A stretch of 64,000 nt of DNA. It comes from Camelus ferus (Eukaryota). Where the stretch lies: contig NC_045724.1 of assembly GCF_009834535.1 (NCBI RefSeq), positions 7,750,001 through 7,814,000 on the forward strand, written 5' to 3'. Below are positions 60,501-64,000 of the stretch, in pieces. The stretch's first letter is position 1. Each line of letters starts with the position of its first letter. The notes beneath the pieces were generated by a model. That model searched no databases and was not told where the DNA came from. It saw only the letters and a list, made by a program, of their open reading frames with translations. Made by a program: the position numbers and the translations under genes.

Positions 60501-60800
60501 ATAAACAGCAAGGCCCTACTGTAAAGCACAAGGAACTATATTCAATATCTTACAGTAACCTATAATAGAAAATAATCTGAAAAAGAATATATGTATGTGT
60601 AACTGAATCACTTTGCTGTACACTTGAAACATTGTAAATCAACTATACTCCAATAAAAAAAAAGTGGGTGTTTTAGGGAGCAGTTAGAATGACCTAAAAG
60701 TGACAAACAATACATTCAATGAGAAGCTAACAGGGGAAGCGGAATCCTCAGAGGAGAGAGGGGAAGCCATTGTTTCCACTGGGAATTTCCATTGGGAAAG
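57540..60800 (-). mobile_element. LINE2 remnants (about 57540-58200, 58800-59888, 60664-60800) including endonuclease region
   Basis: purine-rich antisense L2; minus-strand translation FSSWITVTLFNS...GCSLDLIVISNNN resembles L2 APE endonuclease motifs. Confidence 0.6.
60021..60663 (+). mobile_element. L1 3' end inserted in L2
   Basis: ccagcaatcccactcctgggcat ... gcaacatggatggacctagag ... aaatcaactatactccaataaaaaaaaa. Confidence 0.93.
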
Positions 60801-61411
60801 ACATTGTTTACACGGGAAATTTAAGGTTGAAAGGAGACAATGCGGGTACAGTATTCAGCGTATAAATGCCAGGGATTTAGTTGTTACCAAACCCTAAGAA
60901 CCGTGCGGGTGCTGTCCTTTCCCATTTCGGAAAAGAGTCTAGTCCGGTTAGACTCCATTTCCTCAGGAACAAATGGGAACCTCAGGCTTCAGTGACCTGG
61001 ACTGGCTGCCGACTTAAGGGATAAGACTCACGAGCAGAGTCAGCGGCCCAGGTGATGTGATCTGTTGCGACCAGTATTGGCTTGATGGTGCGTTGCTGAA
61101 AGTGTTGCCATGAAATTCCTCATCAAGGGGCTGCCTCCAAGTAATTTTATTCTGTTTTTCTCTATGGTTAGATGTTAGAAAGTTTTCCGTTTTTTGCAGA
61201 AGTTTATTTTTCTGATCATCTCCAAGGCCCTTTGCAGACATCAAGCTTAATTTCAAGCTCAAATAATTTAAAACCAAGAAGACATTATCAGACTATAGAG
61301 GAAGGAAAGAAGATGGGAACTAATATTATTTAAGTGCCTACATATGCCAAGCACTGTGCTAAGAATTTTTCTCATTTGAATTCACCAGTTCATTTTGTTC
61401 ATTCGTGTGTA

Positions 61412-61414
<3 letters not shown>

Positions 61415-61444
<30 letters not shown>
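61415..61444. repeat. (GT)n microsatellite
   Basis: direct reading. Confidence 0.9.
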
Positions 61445-61447
<3 letters not shown>

Positions 61448-61714
61448 GAATCCGTGCTAAATACTTGGGATTCAGCAATACATTAGACAAAGACACTGTG
61501 TCTTGGAGAAGCTTATGGTTAAATGAGAGAAACGGCTAAGCAAACAAAACATAATACGGTGTGACATATGTTAATAGTGAATAATTATTGCATATTTCCT
61601 ACACTCCAGGTGCTGTGCAAAATCCTTTACATTAGCTCATCTAACCTCATCAGTAGTCTCCTCAGACATTATATTAATCACCTTACAATGCTGTGTTAAC
61701 AAACCATGTTAAAT

Positions 61715-62005
61715 CTTGGTGGCTCATGACCATAAATATTCACTTTTCTTGCATACTTTTTTCTGTTTCAGACTGTGGGTCCGCTGGGCTTGGCTCCAGG
61801 CTTATGACTGGGTTCAGGTCTGCTCATGTCCACATTCTCCTCCTAACAGCAGCTCCTCCAGGACAGATTCCCAGGACAGATCATAGAAATGGAAATCTTC
61901 GCTAAGTTAAAGCCTTTACTCATGGCAAATCCATTATTATTCTATTGGCCAAGGGTCAAACCCAACATCGGTGGGGTGGGGAAATATATCCTGCTTCCTC
62001 CAGTG
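61715..62005 (-). mobile_element. MaLR LTR (MLT1K/L-like)
   Basis: ctgggcttggctccagg ... tctattggccaagggtcaaacccaacatc...ggggtggggaaatata. Confidence 0.65.
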
Positions 62006-62314
62006 AGCCTTTCATGTTGTGTTAGAGATGCAGGATCATTGGTTCCCTGAACTCACCAGTCTCTTAGCCCTAACCCAGCCCCGAAGTGCTTTTTTTCTAT
62101 TGTTTCATTGTCCTGCAAGTGGAGTTGTTCATCTTTTTCTTCTTGAATTCTTTTGTGTCCCACTTGTTTTGAGTAAGATTGAATGCGTTTCATTTCATGC
62201 TCCACCCTCAATGGAAAGGTGCCCTGACTGACACAGTTACCCTCGGTGTGGCCGCCACCAGGAAGCTCCACACCTGGGTCCATTTCACTGCAGTGGGGCT
62301 GCTCGAGTGAGCTT

Positions 62315-62495
62315 GCAGACAGACAGCATCAGTGCATCATCAGTGTTACCTGGGAGCGTGGTAGGAGGCACATCCCCAAGCTTCTACACAGACCTCAGGA
62401 ATCAGAAACTCTGAGGCTGGGGCTCAGCGTCCTGTTTTTCACAAGCCCCCCAGATGACCCTGAAGCATGCCAAAATGTGAGGACCACTGGTCTAG
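62315..62495. mobile_element. MER5A
   Basis: catcagtgttacctgggagc...aatcagaaactctgagg...tttcacaagccccccagatga...tgaggaccactgg. Confidence 0.8.
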
Positions 62496-62569
62496 GGATG
62501 TCCACAGACATAACCCATTCTCACCGGTGTGGTGAGATTTGGGGCTGATCTACTGATCACAAGTAAGGA

Positions 62570-62670
62570 GAGTAATGATGACAAGTGGGTGTTGTGACCT
62601 GGAGCAAAACTGCTTACCCCTCTCTGGGCCGTAGTTTCATCACCTTTGAGATGAGGCTGTTGGACTGATC
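62570..62670 (+). mobile_element. MIR fragment
   Basis: tgtgacctggagcaaaactgcttacccctctctgggccgtagtttcatc. Confidence 0.65.
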
Positions 62671-64000
62671 AGCAGTTCCAGTTTAGGGACCCACAAAAGA
62701 GTATGAGAAGTGTGTTGACTTATTTCTGATATTTCAGAAAGCTTCAGAGAAATTTTGTGTTTCTCCTCCATATGCTGCAAGGACTGACCAGTTCTGGGCT
62801 GAGAGAAGTTACGAGCCTGTGAGCTGCTGGTGGTGATTCATCTTCATATTTCCAGGGCTTAATCACAGGATCTGGCTCAGTAGAAGCCCAGCAAGTAATG
62901 TTTTCTGAACTCAGTTATATAAAAATCAGAGTGAAAATGCAGCTAATCGGAAGCTCTGACTGGCTTCCCAAAAGAAGATCACAGAACTCATGTTTCTAAG
63001 GATGTGTGGCAATGGGTGCAATGCCAGGGTCCCACAAATAAAGGATGCTGAAGATCGGGGCCAGGTGGCCCCCACCCCACACTTGGCTTGTTAGCACTCC
63101 CATGGACGATGGCCCAGTTTACTTATTCATAAATCTGTGCGGTTTCAATTATTTATGATTTTCTGCTAAAACTGGCTGTGGTTCCTTTGGTCCTGCAGGG
63201 TCCATCTGGGTCATTGACAGGACCCTGCTGTGCCCATGTGTGCAGTAGCTTCATTGGCAGCGCAAAATTCAGCAGTATGGCAGGGAAATCACATTTTAGC
63301 AGGCTGGGGAACATGTCCTCTGGCCACATGGGAGCTATGAGGTGATGCCAGGAACCATCCAAGCGCTTGGAAGGGGGCTGTCTTCTGCAGAATGACTGGT
63401 CCCAATCCGTGGTATCTCCTTCCACCTTGAATGTTTTTAAGGGGAACAGATTGAAAACCTCTCCCGCTGTGTGGGCCTGTCAGAGGGAGTGAGAAAAGCC
63501 ATGGTTCCCGCTGATCCAGAAGGGAAGTGAATCAGCAGGAAACCCTGGTTTCCTTCAAACTCGAATTATTGTCTCTTTGCTTAGGAGACTGTCTTATCCC
63601 ATGGCCACCCTTTTAAAACCTGAACTATAGCGTCAGACACATGGAAGGGCGAGAGAACAGACCNNNNNNNNNNNNNNNNNNNNNNNNNNNNNNNNNNNNN
63701 NNNNNNNNNNNNNNNNNNNNNNNNNNNNNNNNNNNNNNNNNNNNNNNNNNNNNNNNNNNNNNNNNNNNNNNNNNNNNNNNNNNNNNNNNNNNNNNNNNNN
63801 NNNNNNNNNNNNNNNNNNNNNNNNNNNNNNNNNNNNGGTGATTCTCGTAGTTGGCACAAATGCCCTGCCTAGCCCCTTTAGTGGCATCAGCCCTCAACAG
63901 ATGGCGTGATTTTTTTTTTTAAAATAATAGGCAAGATCGCCTCACACTGGGGAAGAAAGACCAGCTTACGTGAAAGTCCGCAGTGTTTTTGACTTTGTGC

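Noticed and set aside
6600-64000. Second protein-coding gene, processed pseudogene, CRISPR array or prokaryotic-type system
   Set aside because: No spliceable exon chain, recognisable protein family or repeat-spacer array found by inspection; short ORFs fall in repeats or are of chance length

Overview
Mammalian genomic DNA, very likely camelid (three tRNA-derived SINE copies resemble the camelid Vic-1 family). One protein-coding gene is supported: HEY1, a Notch-target bHLH-Orange repressor on the + strand with 5 coding exons (2856-2944, 3211-3286, 3438-3521, 3814-3895, 4784-5367). These total 915 nt = 304 aa + stop, with all GT-AG junctions in phase. It has a CpG-island promoter with two canonical RBPJ/CSL sites and a 3' UTR ending near 6530. 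The remaining ~57 kb is gene-poor sequence with L1, L2, MIR, MLT1, MER3/MER5/MER91, an ERV-type solo LTR and simple repeats, plus five N gaps. The other ORF-track entries are best explained as repeat-derived or chance ORFs. I found no convincing undescribed multi-gene system. The best leads are regulatory and are inferences from motifs: a strong-context uORF, a candidate 13-nt poison microexon, an exonic CTCF motif plus distal CTCF motifs, an octamer-rich LTR, a Pbx-Hox/Meis site pair, a perfect 18-bp inverted repeat and a possible short L1 3' transduction. Repeat family names come from recalled consensus sequences; repeat boundaries are approximate unless a target-site duplication (TSD) is given.
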